Below are positions 36,844-49,977 of a DNA stretch of 64,000 nucleotides, piece after piece. The notes under the pieces were generated by a model. It worked only from the letters and a program-made list of their open reading frames with translations. It had not been told where the DNA came from and searched no databases. A program made the translations under genes and the position numbers. Numbering within the stretch: position 1 is the first letter of the stretch; each line of letters begins with the position of its first letter. The DNA is from Malacoraja senta. Its lineage: Eukaryota. The stretch spans positions 23,748,001 to 23,812,000 of the forward strand of contig CM075988.1 in assembly GCA_038087875.1 (NCBI GenBank), in the 5' to 3' direction.

Positions 36844-37482
36844 AGACCCAGCTCCTAACCTGGAGCTGGGTCTAACATCGCCCGGCGCGGCTTTAATGGC
36901 CGCGGGACTTGCTAGCGCTACCGGGGGCTCCAACATCAAGACACGGAGCGCGGCCTTGCATCGCCCAGCGCGGCTTTAATGGCCGCGGGACTTGCTAGCG
37001 CTACCAGGGGCTCCAACATCAAGACACGGAGCGCGGCCTTGCATCGCCCGGCGTGGCTTTAATGGCCGCGGGACTTGCTAGCGCTACCGGGGGCTCCAAC
37101 ATCAAGACACGGAGCGTGGCCTTGCATCGCCCGGCGCGGCTTTAATGGCCGCGGGACTTGCTAGCGCTACCGGGGGCTCCAACATCAAGACACGGAGCAC
37201 GGCCTTGCATCGCCCGGCGCGGCTTTAATGGCCGCAGGACTTATTTTCCATCGCCCGCTGGGGGCTCTGACTCTGACATCGGGAGGAGAATGGGGAGTGC
37301 AGGGGAGAGATAAGACTTTGCCTTCCATCACAGTGAGGAGGAGATTCACTGTGATGGATGTTTGTGTAAATTGTGTTGTGTCTTGGTTCTTTTCTTGTTG
37401 TATGACTGCAGAAACCAAATTTTGTTTGAACCTCATTTGAGGTTCAAATGACAATAAATGGTATTGTATTGTATTGTATTGT
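36844..37482 (+). mobile_element. Unclassified non-LTR/SINE-like element containing an 83-bp tandem array
   Basis: Ends in TGACAATAAA-TGG(TATTG)n; carries several hairpins. Confidence 0.55.
36876..37242. repeat. 83-bp GC-rich minisatellite, ~4.4 copies
   Basis: Unit starts CATCGCCC at 36876, 36959, 37042, 37125, 37208. Confidence 0.95.
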
Positions 37483-37572
37483 TTAGATTCAGATTGGAAC
37501 TGGTGAGTTACCACGCATGGTGTTAATGGGGAGAGTACTGCCCTTCGCAGGGCATCTAGTAAGTTTGTGTAA

Positions 37573-37869
37573 AGGGCCTGTCCCTCTTACGCCATTTTTT
37601 TCGGCGACTTGCAGCAGGTTGGCGAAAATTTTCACCGTGTCTAAAATCCAGCGGAGACCAGAAAACGGTACGACTCTTTGGGCGACTACTCCCGACCGTG
37701 TCGCGAGCGGGGTGACGCCTGTACGGCGGTGAGTAGTCGCCCAAAGAGTCGTACCTTTTTCTGGTCACCGCTGGATTTTCAACATGTTGAACATTTTCGG
37801 CCACCTGTTGCGGCCATGACTGGTGCTGGCAAGTCGGCGAAAAAAAATTGTGTAAGTGGGACAGGCCCT
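37573..37869. mobile_element. MITE with AGGGCCTGTCCCACTT-type TIRs (PIF/Harbinger-like). Relatives at 41775-42001, 52490-52667 (partial), 23954-24272, 29163-29471, 54377-55154, ~61050-61344
   Basis: Long terminal inverted repeats flanked by TAA/TTA; CpG-rich interior. Confidence 0.75.
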
Positions 37870-37873
37870 TAAG

Positions 37874-38086
37874 CAGCGGCGTCTTAACGCATGGGCACGC
37901 TGGGCAGTTGCCCGTGGTCCCATGCTAATCTATGTATTGTAGAATGATATTGTAGAACATGAAAACGGAGAAGAACATCGCAAGTGCATGACAGCATATT
38001 TGATTCGGCATAAAGAAACTGGAATTGTAAGGGGCCCCAGTGCACTGCTTTGCCCGGGGGCCTCTAATGCTGTTAAAACGGCCCGG
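37874..38086. mobile_element. hAT-type MITE inserted at the end of another MITE
   Basis: Imperfect TIR CAGCGGCGTCTTAAC / GTTAAAACGGCCCGG; 8-bp TSD CCCTTAAG. Confidence 0.7.
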
Positions 38087-38605
38087 CCCTTAAGAGTGCA
38101 GCCTGATGGTGAGATTTTCTAAAAATGCGGGTGGGGGGTAGAATGGTGAGCATCCTTGTCCGGTGGGACAGGAGACGAGCGGATGGTGTTTTGGTTGTCG
38201 CATGCAGTCACAATTTTCTTTTTCATTCATTGCTGCAAGTGCAAAGCCAGCAGCATTTAGTGTGTCAATTTTAAAGCAGAGGTCGATAGGTTCTTGATTA
38301 GTCAGGATGTCAAAGGTTACGGGGAGAAGGCAGGAGAAGGGGGTTGAGAGGGGAAAATAGATCAGCCATGATTGAATGGCGGAGTCGACTCGATGGGATT
38401 AATGGCCTAAGTTATTCCCCACTCCCCATCCCCAATCTTTGCACATCCCCAATCCTTTCCACTCGTCACTTTAATTCCATGTTTCATTGTGTTTTTATGA
38501 CTGTTGGCACATCAATTTCCCTCCTGGGATAAATAAAGTTCTATCGTGTCGTCCCGTACTGTATTGTTTCTGACGTGCTGCCGCCGGTGACTGCACCAAA
38601 CTCAC

Positions 38606-38903
38606 CTTTGGACTCTGTGTCGTTGACCGACGTGCCTGCGTCCCGCTGTTCTCCGGAATCCACCGAGATACTCCGCTCCCGCTTCACCTTCCCTTTCAAA
38701 GCTCCGAGGTTGGGGGGCACCGAGTTCTGGGAGCCCTTCAGCCCAGAGTTGCCGGGGGAGATCTGGCTCGACTTGCCGCCGTGGCTGCCGGCTCCCGTGG
38801 CCTTTGAGCCCAGGCCGCCGGGCGTTCCTTGGCTGGCGTTGGAAGCTGGGGCATTGCTGTTGACCGGCTTGCCGTGGTTGGGCAGCTTCGTGTCCGGGTG
38901 CAT
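38606..38903 (-). CDS. BCL9L: BCL9L coding exon 1 (exon begins at acceptor 38988; first ATG 38903)
   Basis: Encodes MHPDTKLPNHGK...LKGKVKRERSISVDSGEQRDAGT...ESK, matching recalled human BCL9L MHPENKLTNHGK...LKGKVKRDRSVSVDSGEQREAGT. Polypyrimidine-CAG acceptor at 38990-38989; phase-1 donor G|GTGAG at 38605. Confidence 0.93.
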
Positions 38904-39849
38904 TTGATTGCTCACGGCCTTTGGCGACGGCACTGGTGGGATCCGGATTTCTGTCTCGTGCTTTATTTTCAGACTGTTTTCGGAAAACCTGGCAGGGCAG
39001 AAGTTGAAAAAAAAAAGTTTAATTTAATGAGATATTAATTGCTGTTTTTCCATCGCAACAAGAATTAACAAGCCCGTTTCTTCCTATCAAATGTAATTTG
39101 CCAGTTCCGGTCAAAGCACGGGTTTAGTTTAGTTTTAGAGATGCAGCGCGGAAACTTTGGAGTGTGTGCCGATCAGCGATCCCCACACACTAACACTATC
39201 CTACACACACTAGGGACAAGTTACGGTGGCACAGCAGTAGAGTTGCTGCCTTACAGCAAAATGCAGCGCCAGAGAACCGGGTTCGATCCCGACTACAGGT
39301 GCTGTCTGTACGGAGTCTGTACGTTCTCCCCGTAGGTTTTCTCCGAGATCTTCGGTTCCCTCCCACACTCCAAAGGCGTACAGGTTTGTAGGTTAATTGG
39401 CTTGATAAAGAAATGTTAAATTGTCCAAGTTGGCGATATGCAGAGTACTGACCTGCCGACTACAAGATTCAAAAGGTACAATTTTACCGAAGCCAATTAA
39501 CCTACAAACCTGCCCGTCTTTGGAGTGTGGGAGAGAAACTGGAGCACCCGGGGAAAAGCCACACAGGTCACAGGGCAAACATACAAACTCCACACAGGCA
39601 GCACCCGCAGTCAGGATCGAACCTGGGTCTCTGGCACTGTAAGGCAGCAACTCTACCGCTGCGCCACCGTGCCGCCTCACTTACACGGTTAGTTGAAGAG
39701 CCACATAGCTTACAAGAGGCAAGAGGACACCAAGTGAGTTCACAGACTGAGGCTGCCTGGCAGTAGAGGAAATGGTGACCACTTAGCCTGGAGGCTGCTG
39801 CACTGTTTAAAATGCCATTATATTTGATGTGGTTCCGCAGGGATTTATA

Positions 39850-40140
39850 CATATCAGCTGTGGTCGAGTTGGCGGTGGATTCTTCTCATCAGATGGTTCT
39901 CGGTTCAATCCCCATCCCAGATTTGTGGGCACAAAAATGTTGGCCTGGAATGCTGCAATTACCAGGGGTGGTCTGCTTTGTTGGACTCTTCTCTTACCGC
40001 AGAGAGATCAAACCAAAGTCCCATCAGGTGGAAGTAGAGGGTTGTAAGGGCCCATTTGGAAGCATTGGGAGATTCTCCTGTTGTTCTGGCCGATAATTAT
40101 CATCCAATTACCGCTTAAAGAATCAGATTATCACACAGTA
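39850..40140 (+). mobile_element. Degenerate DeuSINE (SacSINE1-like) remnant
   Basis: Weak match to the recalled Deu-domain order: AAACC..CCC..TCAGGTGGA.GTA...ATTT..GAAG...GGGAG.TTCTCC..GTTCTGGCC.ATA.TTAT. Confidence 0.4.
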
Positions 40141-43100
40141 GGTTGTGGGAGCTGGCTGCGTACTCTGGAGTTTAGAAGGATGAGAGGATATCTCATTGAA
40201 ACATATAAGATTGTTAAGGGCTTGGACACGCTAGAGGCAGGAAACATGTTCCCGATGATGGGGGGAAGTCCAGAACCAGGGGCCACAGTTTAAGAATAAG
40301 GAGTAAGCCATTTAGAACAGAGACGAGGAAACACTTTTTCTCACAGAGAGTGGTGAGTCTGTGGAATTCTCTGCCTCAGAGGGCGGTGGAGGCGGGTTCT
40401 CTGGATGCTTTCAAGAGAGAACGAGATAGGGCTCTTAAAAATAGCGGAGTCACGGGATATGGGGAGAAGGCAGGAACGGGGTACTGATTGGGGATGATCA
40501 ACCATGATCACATTGAATGGCGGTGCTGGCCCGAAGGGTCGAATGGCCTACTCCTGCACCTATTGTCTATTGTCTATTGCGTACAAGGTGTAAATTTAAG
40601 CATGGCAGTCAATGGTGGAGCGGCCTTACAGCGCCAGAGACCCAGGTTCGATCCTGACTACGAGTGCTGTCTGTACAGAGTTTGCATGTTCTCCCTGTGA
40701 CTGTGTGGGTTTTCCCCGGGTGCTCCGGTTTCCTCCCACGCTCCAAAGACATGCAGGTTCGTGGGTTAATTGGCTTGGGAAAATGGTAAATTGTCCCCAG
40801 TGTGTGTAGGATTGTGTTAGTGTGCGGGGATCGCGAGGTGACGCTGACTTGGTGGGCTGAAGGGCCTGTTTCCGGCTCTGTATCTCGAAACTAAATTCAA
40901 CCAAACCTCAGAGCAAGAATGGGGAGGAATGTCGAGCTGATTTGCCCCCCTGTCTCCTGAAGTCACTTCTCCTAATACAACACGGGCAAAACCAGCCATC
41001 TCCCTCAACTCCAACAGTCTGAAGATGGGACCCAAAACCAAAACATTGGCTGAACATTTCCCTCCACAGATGCTGCCTGACCCACTGACTTCCTCCACCA
41101 CTATCTTTACTGAACAACGGCACGTGTCATTTAGTGAAAAGCAACAAAAAAAAGTACAGATGCTGAAAATCTGAAGTTAATGCTGGAAATACTCAGCAGG
41201 TCAGTCACAATCTGTGGCCAGTCCAGGTCAACCTTCAGCTGTCAGAATTATAAAATGGACTGGACAAGCTAGATGCAGGAAAAATGTTCCCAATGTTGGG
41301 CGAGTCCAGAACCAGGAGCCACATTCTTAGAATAAAGAGGAGGTCATTTAAGACTGAGGTGAGAAAAAACTTTTTCACCCAGAGAGTTGTGAATTTGTGG
41401 AATTCCCTGCCACAGAGGGCAGTGGAGGCCAAATCACTGGATGGATTTAAGAGAGAGTTAGATAGAGCTCTAGGGGCTGGTGGAATCAAGGGATATGGGG
41501 AGAAGGCAGGCACGGGTTATTGATTGGGGACGATCAGCCATGATCATATTGAATGGCGGTGCAGGCTCGAAGGGCCGCATGGCCTCCTCCTGCACCAATT
41601 TTCTATGTTTCTAGAACCCAATGAAAGATCCTCAGCCTGAAATAAGTCATCAGTAATAGGAGCAGAATTAGGCCATCGAGTCTACTCCGCCATTCAATCG
41701 TGGCTGATCTATCTCTCCCTCCTAGCCCCAATTCTCCTGCCTTCTCCCTGCAACCCCTGACACCCAAACGCTAAAGGGCCTGTCCCACTTGGCGATTTTT
41801 TTCGGCGACTGCCGGCATCATATCAGAGTCTCCAAAAGATTTTGAACATTTCAAAATCCAGCGGCGACAAAAAAAACGTCGCGACCCTTGAAAAAACACC
41901 GCGCGCCAATACGTCGTGACGCCGCAAATTTTTCGGCGACCTGATACGTCAGTCAATGATGCCGGCAGTCGCCGAAAAAATCGGCAAGTGGGACAGGCCC
42001 TTTAACTCTGAAACCCTCTTCAATAGCCGATGCACAACCTGCTGAATATTTCCGGCACTTGATTTTAAAAGCACCATTTATTTTTGGAAGCGAGTGTGTG
42101 AGGGTTAGGAACACGGTGAGGAAAGCTACTGGAAAATAAAACAGTGGGATGAAAATAACAGGGAACGCTGAATACGAAGGAATACATCTTTATGTCTTCT
42201 GTCTTGTATAATGTTACAGATTAAATCTGTTTAAATGGAGGTCATTATTATAACATGGCAAACGGCAGCACGGAGGCACAGCGCTAGAGTTGCTGCCTCA
42301 CAGCGCTAGAGTTGCTGCCTCACAGCGCTAGAGTTGCTGCCTCACAGCGCCAGAGACCTGGGTTCGATCCTGACTAAGGGTGCTGCCTGTACGGAGTTTG
42401 CATGTTCTCCCTGTGCCCGTGTGGGTTTTCTCCGGGTGCTCCGGTTTCCTCCCACACTCCAAAGACACGCAGGTTTGTAGGCTAATTGGCTCGGTGTTAT
42501 TGTAAATTGTCCCGAGGGCAGTGTTAGTGTGCGGGGATCGCTGGTCGGTGCGGACTCGGTGGGCCGAAGGGCCTGTTTCCGCTCTCTATCTCTAAAACTA
42601 AAAATCCAAAGCTAAAAAAGTGCGGCAGCCAATTTATGGAGGGATTGTTCCCACGGTCAGGAAGGAACAGGTAGAAACTTCCCACTGAAGAACCACACTG
42701 AAACCACATGGAATCTGTCTTGGAACTGCGGTTTGTGCAGCTTTCAGAATATCAACATGGAAAGTCACTGAATGATAGCTACACTTAGCAGATGCAACAA
42801 CGGCCCCATTCCAAATCATCTTGAATCTTTGTAGCACCAATAGACAATAGACAATAGGTGCAGGAGTAGGCCATTTGGCCCTTCGAGCCAGCACCGCCAT
42901 TCAATGTGATCACGGCTGATCATCCCCAATCAGTACCCCGTTCCTGCCTTCTCCCCATATCCCCTGACTCCGCTATTTTTAAGAGCCCTATCTAGCTCTC
43001 TCTTGAAAGCATCCAGAGAACCCGCCTCCACCGCCCTCTGAGGCAGAGAATTCCACACACTCACCACTCTCTGTGAGAAAAAGTGTTTCCTCGTCTCCGT

Positions 43101-44172
43101 TCTAAATGGCTTACTTCTTATTGTTAGACTGTGGCCCCTGGTTCTGGATTCCCCCAACGTCGGGAACATGTTTCCTGCCTCTAGCGTGTCCAAGCCCTTA
43201 ACCAACCCAGATATTAACTGCACACCAGGCGCTACTGGTGATGGGGGCAATGATAGATCAGGGATAGTGTCCATGGATAGAGAGTGAGAGCCACAGTTGG
43301 CAGAGTACACGTGTTCAGTCCCCATGGACAACTGCGTAGGAAGGAACTGCGGATGCTGGTTTACACCGAAGATAGTCATAAAATGCTGGAGTATCTCAGC
43401 GGGACCGGCAGCAACTCGGGAGAAACTGGAAAAGGCGACGCTTCAGGTTGAGACCCATCTTCGGACCAAGAGTCAGAGGCTAGACTCTGTCCGAAGAAGG
43501 GTCTCAAGCTAAAACGTGGTCTATTCCTTTTCTCCGGAGATGCCGCCTGACCCGCTGAGTTACTCCAGCATTTTGTTCCTATCGTGATAACCTGGTCGGG
43601 CACTCGGATGAGCCTGGTCTCCAATTGCCACACCAGGCCAGTGTGCAACTGGGCCATCTGCACACGCACCTCATAAGTAGATAAACACACACCTGGTCAC
43701 ATCAGTCCTGCATTTCCAGAGTTCACATCTGGCCAGACCACAGCTGGTCAACTGACTTGGGGCTAACTGCGAACAGCTGGCTGCTGCCGACCAGGATACA
43801 GAGCTAATAACATCTGCCATGGGGGGCACCTGACCAAAGTCTCACTTGCACCCCACACCTGGCCAGTGTGGTACCTGCACACACAGCTCACTGCCCCTTC
43901 TCACACACACACCTCCTCTCCCCAAAAACATCTCGCACCCACACTGACCCAATTGCTGGCGTGCTCGGACAGTCAACAGTTCAGAGAACAAATCAAAAAC
44001 CGAGTTCTTTAATCTCCAAATCACACCAAACTAAAAGTTATTCAGCAATTATGAGCGGCCAGGATGGGGGGCAACTTTTGGCAACTGTCTGATTAACGTT
44101 GATGCGACGACTCTCTTGACCTTTTGAACAGCCTTTTGTTGTACCAAAGCTCCCGAGACTTCTGTTACTCAC

Positions 44173-44615
44173 CCAGCAGTGTTTGCCCTGCAGCCCTGTA
44201 GCGCAGGCTTCACCAACGTACAGCTCTAACGTCGCTCCTTCCCCCCAGCATTGGCCTGCCGTGCCACACTAGGTGGGTGACAGGACTGCAAGCGCTCGCA
44301 GTGCTACTAGCCAGCCGCCTGCCTGCTCCTTCCCCTCCACTCACAAAGTGAGGCTTCAGTCCTCACACCTACATTGCTTCCTCCCCTCAACTTCAAACGA
44401 AAGCATGAGTCATGCCTGAAACCACAGCCTGTCGCTACACGATTTATATGTGTGGAATTCAGCTCCTGGACCCTTGTGCTTAATCTCAGGCATAAACAAA
44501 GGACCTCGTTGGCTTTTTTTTTAACTCTTGCTCGCTGGCACTCTGACGTTCTGACATACAGCCTCCTCATCCACCGCTCGGTGACCCGCAGGAATCCCAC
44601 CCTTGCGTACAGGCT
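44173..44615 (-). other. Candidate non-coding 5' UTR exon of BCL9L
   Basis: Unique sequence ending in a strong donor TGG|GTGAGT (44172), 5 kb upstream of the first coding exon. An in-frame TAG excludes a coding extension. The 5' boundary is a guess. Confidence 0.35.
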
Positions 44616-46492
44616 GAACTTGGCGGAACTAAACACCACCACCGTACCCGACCAAAATCAGACACAGAAATAAAATAAAAGTTAATTTTGGAACTTTGAG
44701 GGCGGGCACGCTGGCGCAGCGGTAGAGTTGCTGCCTCATGGCGCCAGAGACCCAGGTTCGATCCTGACAATAGACAATAGACAATAGGTGCAGGAGTAGG
44801 CCTTTCGGCCCTTCGAGCCAGCACCGCCATTCAATGTGTGATCACGGCTGATCATCCCCAATCAGTACCCCGTTCCTGCCTTCTCCCCTGACTCCGCTAT
44901 CTTTAAGAGACCTATCTAGCTCTCTCTTGAAAGTATCCAGAGAACCTGCCTCCACCGCCCTCTGAGGCAGAGAATTCCACAGACTCACCACTCTCTGTGA
45001 GAAAAAGTGTTTCCTCGTCTCCGTTCTAAATGGCTTACCCCTTATTCTTAAACTGTGGCCCCTGGTTCTGGACTCCCCCAACATCGGGAACATGTTTCCT
45101 GCCTCTAGCATGTCCAAGCCCTTAACAATCTTATATGTTTCAATGAGATCTCCTCTCATCCTTTTAAACTCCAGAGTGTACTGACGATGGGTGCTGTCTG
45201 TACGGAGTTTGTACGTTTTCCCCGAGACCGCGTGGGTTTTCTCCGGGCGCTCCGGTTTCCTCCCACACTCAGGATTTTTAGATTAATTGGCTTTGGTAAA
45301 ATTGTAAATTGTCCCCTAGTGGGCAGGATAGCGCTAGTGTACGGGGCGGTCGACGGTTGGCATGGACTCGGTGGGCCGAAGGGCCTGTTTCCACACTGCA
45401 TCTCTAAAGTGTAAAGTTGTAACTCGTTCCATTTAACGGTTTAGAAATCGCTACTCATAAGCATCTAATGGAAGGGGACAATACTGTGACTGTACAGACC
45501 AGGGGAATAGGAACAACCAGTTGATCTGCAAGACCATGTGATAATCAGTAGATCACTGCTCCTTTCAACGCAATCAACAAAGGCGGACTCATGCAGCTAG
45601 AGAGAGCCGTCACTGTTGGCCAGGGACTCGCCTTAGATCATTGAGGTGTATACAGGTGAGGCACTTTGTTCAGAATGCAATCGACTGACGCAAACATAAT
45701 GAACCAAACAAATAAAGGAATAATTCAGTGTGTGCGGGCCGCAACGCTTGAGGTGGCGGGGGTCGACATTCTTTAAGTACTGGAGGAAATTGCGGAATTG
45801 AGATAAGGTCCTCACTTGGCAATCCTGAGATTACACGACATCTCAGGATTTGAAGCAGAATTAATCTGAATAACGTTTCCGCTGGAACCAACGGCAGAGG
45901 ATGAGATATCTGGACTCCTGGTCATCCAGAGATGCTGCCTGACTCGCTGAGTTACTCCAGCACTTTGTGTCCTATTGCGTAAACCAGCATCTGCGGTTTC
46001 CAATGTAGTGGGCAATAGGGTTAGAAAGGAGATTAGAGATACGAGATACTGCAGATGCTGGGATTTGGAGCGAGCTGCTGGGTTGGGCAGCACCTGGACA
46101 GTCGATGACGAGGTCCTTAGCCAGGACCAGATACAATTGGGTGGCGCGGGTGGAGCAGCGGTAGAGTTGCTGCCTTACAGCGCCGGAGACCCAGGTACAA
46201 TCCTGACTATGGGCGCTGTCTGTACGGAGTTTGTACGATCTCCCCGCGACCGCGTGGGCTTTCTCCGGGTGCTCCGGTTTCCTCCCGCACTCCAAATTCA
46301 GGTATGTAGGTCAGTTGGCGTCAGTAATTGTACAATTGTCCCTAGTGTGAAGGGGGTGATCGCTGGTCTATCATGGCTCGATGGGCCGAACGACCTGTTT
46401 CCAACACCGTATTCCTAAACTAAACTAAACTAAATGGGTCTGTTATTCACAGATAGTGCAGACAATGCTATGTAACAGCTGAACATCTAGAG

Positions 46493-46792
46493 CAAAGATC
46501 CTACAGCGAGCAAGATAGACCACTCGACGAAAAAGACGTAGTACGGTCATGGGCAGATTCATGGGTAATTCTCGGCCCCATTTCCGTAACCGGCTTCCGT
46601 TCTCCTCATTTTCAGAATTATAATCTATTAACACAAACTGTTCCCCCGCAACGTTGATTACACTGCGAGTCGGGTCGGGTCGGGTTACGGAAATGGATGA
46701 GAAAAAGGCCCACGTTCCGCTCCGTTGCGTACTACACGTCAGCCCATTGCATTTAGCAGGAGTGGTCTATCTTGCTTGCTATAGGATCTTTG
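46493..46792 (+). mobile_element. hAT-type MITE family A, copy 4 (internal deletion)
   Basis: Same TIRs; TSD ATCTAGAG. Confidence 0.88.
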
Positions 46793-48849
46793 ATCTAGAG
46801 TCTGACTGGCCACAGAGTGAAGCTTCTACTGCGACCTGGAATGAGTCATTTACTCACCACAACCCCTTAGTTGCCCGAGTACACATCGGGGGTGAGTGAC
46901 AGGAGAGAATATCAAGGGACAAGAAAAGTCCCCGCTTGCTTGTCAATGTTGTGACAGGGTCAATGAATTTCAGAGGGAAATGCCCCTGTCACTTCTCAGT
47001 CACCCTCCCACGCCCAACCTTCCAGTAATGGCTCTGTCCCACGGGTTTGCGGTCGTTGGCGGTGAAGCGCGGCGTCGCTGGAAGAGGGGACCGCACGGCA
47101 ACCACGAGAGCGCCGCACAGATGCTGCGCGGGGGGGCCAAGTACGGCCGGTTCCACGAGCTTGCGGTTTCGGCTGATGACGTCTTTCGGATCGCGGGGCT
47201 GTGGCGGTGACCGTGCCGCACTGGCGGCGGCTGTGGCGGTGACTGTGCCTCACTGGCGGAGGCTGTGGCGGTGACCGTGCCGCACTGGCGGTGGCTGTGG
47301 CGGTGACCGTGCCGCACTGGCGCCGGCTGTGGCGGTAGGAACATATTTTTGGTCAGTGTTCGGTTTTTTTTAGCACCGTGCGGTGTTGGGAACAACGCCA
47401 CATGGACCCAGCACTGTGCGTTTGACCGCGCCCGCGGTCTCTGGCGGCCCAGGAGCGGTAGATAGTTCCTGTTTGGCCGCCAATGACCGCAGACTCATGA
47501 GACAGGCCTTTAACCCTCTCCTTGCCTCCCCCCAACACAGCAAGTTCACATTCAGCCCTACACAAGCCTTGTTGGACAGAGCCAAAACTAGCTCTGAAGA
47601 AGGGTCTCGACACTAAACGTCACCCATTCCTTCTATCCAGAGACGCTGCCTGTCCCGCTGAGCTGCTACCCAACTGTGCTGATCAGAAGAGGCTGTGACA
47701 AGCCCTCCGGTGGAAGTAAATTAACATTGTTGTCATGTCCAACCTACTACATTGAAAGAAATGCTAACACAAAGAGCTGGAGTAACTCAGTGGGTCAGGC
47801 AGCAAGTCTGGAGAACATGGATAGGTGACGTTTCAGGTTGGATCTTTCTTCAGACTGAGGGATATGGTGAAAAGCATTATAAGATATGCATCTCGTTAAC
47901 TTATTGACCACTTCTGGTAATTTCTTCTAATAATTTATTCGTTTGAAGAAGGGACTTGACCCAAAAGGTGTCCATGTTCTCCAGAGATGCTGCCTGGCCC
48001 GCTGTTACCCCAACACCTTGTGTCTGTGGAATTCTCTGCCTCAGAAGGCGGTGGAGGCCGGTTCCCTGGAAACTTTCAAGAGAGAGCTAGATAGGGCTCT
48101 TAAAGATAGCGGAGTCAGGGGATATGGGGAGAAGGCAGGAACGGGGTACTGATTGGGGATGATCAGCCATGATCACATTGAATGGCGGTGCTGGCTCGAA
48201 GGGCCAAATGGCCTACTCCTGCACCTATTGTCTATTGTCTATTGTGTCCCCTTGTCTGCAGTTTCTCATATCCACAGAAATAGTAAAGAGGCAGTGAGTG
48301 GAAAGAGGAAAGGAGTCAATATATTTCCGACTGAAGGCCCTTCATGTTGATGAAGGATTCGACCGGAACGGTTAGCTCTGTTCCTCTTTCACAATCGCTG
48401 CCTGACCCGCTGTGTCAGGCCACAGGAAGGAGGAGTGATCTTTAGATCTGGATCTTGCGTGACTGAAACCCACACACAGAGGGATGCAAAGTCTGCAGCA
48501 GAGACTCCTTGCCTTCAGCTTCTGAGACCCACAAATTTGGCAGATATTTGCTTTGGGAGCAGCTCTGGAACTGATTTCACCGTGGGCTTAATATGAGGAC
48601 AGGCAAGGTCCAAGATCTGTAATTCTACTCACAAGGAGAGGGGTGGGAGCCAGGGAACATTGCTCAACTCCGATCCATGCTCATCAAACCTGTCATAAAT
48701 GTGTCTCGGGGGCAGGGGCGGCACGGTGGCGCAGCGGTAGAGTTGCTGCCTTACAGCGATTCCAGCACCGGAGACCCGGGTTCGATCCCGGCTATCATAT
48801 ATAACCATATAACCACTACAGCACGGAAACAGGCCATCTCGGCCCTTCA

Positions 48850-49894
48850 AGTAGGTATGTTACAATACTTACCTTCAGTCGCGCTGTAATTCTGCCACTG
48901 GCCGTGTGCGCGATTTTGGCGCCTTTAAGGGGGGGGCAGGGTTAAAACGCGGGTTTCTCCTCCCTTGTCCTAGTTAATATTTTGTTGGAGTACAAGCGTT
49001 GGCTGATGAATCGTTCCTAGTGGCGATTTGTGTATTTTTTATTTTTATTAAATCGTCAATGTCAGCGCTAGAGTAATTTTAAAATCAGCTTCTGAAGCGT
49101 CAACGCCGATAACGGGGACGGATTTCACACTGGGACAGGTAAACGAAAGGGGTTTCTTTAAATGTATAAAAGTGCTTCTTAAGAAGCCTTTAATTCACAT
49201 TTTTTCATGCGACACGGTGATTTTATTCCCCGAATTAACGGCAGTGTTTTTCATGCCAATACGGGGTTAAATTCACCGCAAATGAACGTTCCAAAAGATC
49301 GCGTTCCAGAAATCCTCACTCGCAAGATGATTTAAATGCCCATTAATTTACAGGTATTAAACATTCAATTCCTTCCATTTGGCCTGTAAATTCATGAAAA
49401 TGAGATTTAAAAATTATGTTATATTGTGAATTCTTGTGTGAATGTTATTTGGACACTTAGGCTATTTAAAAATGTTAATCTATTCTTAAGAAATTGATAG
49501 ATGTTTAGATCTAGTAATTGAATTTTGTAATTAGCTACAATTAGGTAACTAACTAATTATATGCTTTACTTTCATGTCATCTAAGTAAGATTGTTTCATA
49601 TTTGTTTCAGAATGCTTCAATCTATAATAACTGGAAATTTCTTTCAGTTATCTTAATTTTTAAGAAAGTTATGGGCTTTTAACTGTCCTCGATCACAGCT
49701 TTTGTGTTAAGTCAATGGAAAAGCAATAGGGAACAAGATGCTAATTTCCGAGTATGAAAATGGCCATAACTTCTTTAATACTGAAGATATGAAAGTGAAT
49801 TAGGTGTCAAATTAAACTTCTTTTTATGCTTTATCTGATGGGATAAATTGCAGACTTTATTTTTAAAATCTCAAAATTTTGTAACATTGCTACT
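48850..49894. mobile_element. ~1.05-kb non-autonomous DNA transposon
   Basis: TIR AGTAGGTATGTTACAA / TTGTAACATTGCTACT; flanking TCA duplication; cleanly splits a CR1 3' UTR (GGCCCTTCA|AGTCC). Confidence 0.78.
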
Positions 49895-49977
49895 TCAAGT
49901 CCGTGCCGAACATTATTATTATTATTATTATTTTTTATTTATTTTATTATTATTTAAAAAAAACAAAAAAAACTTCC

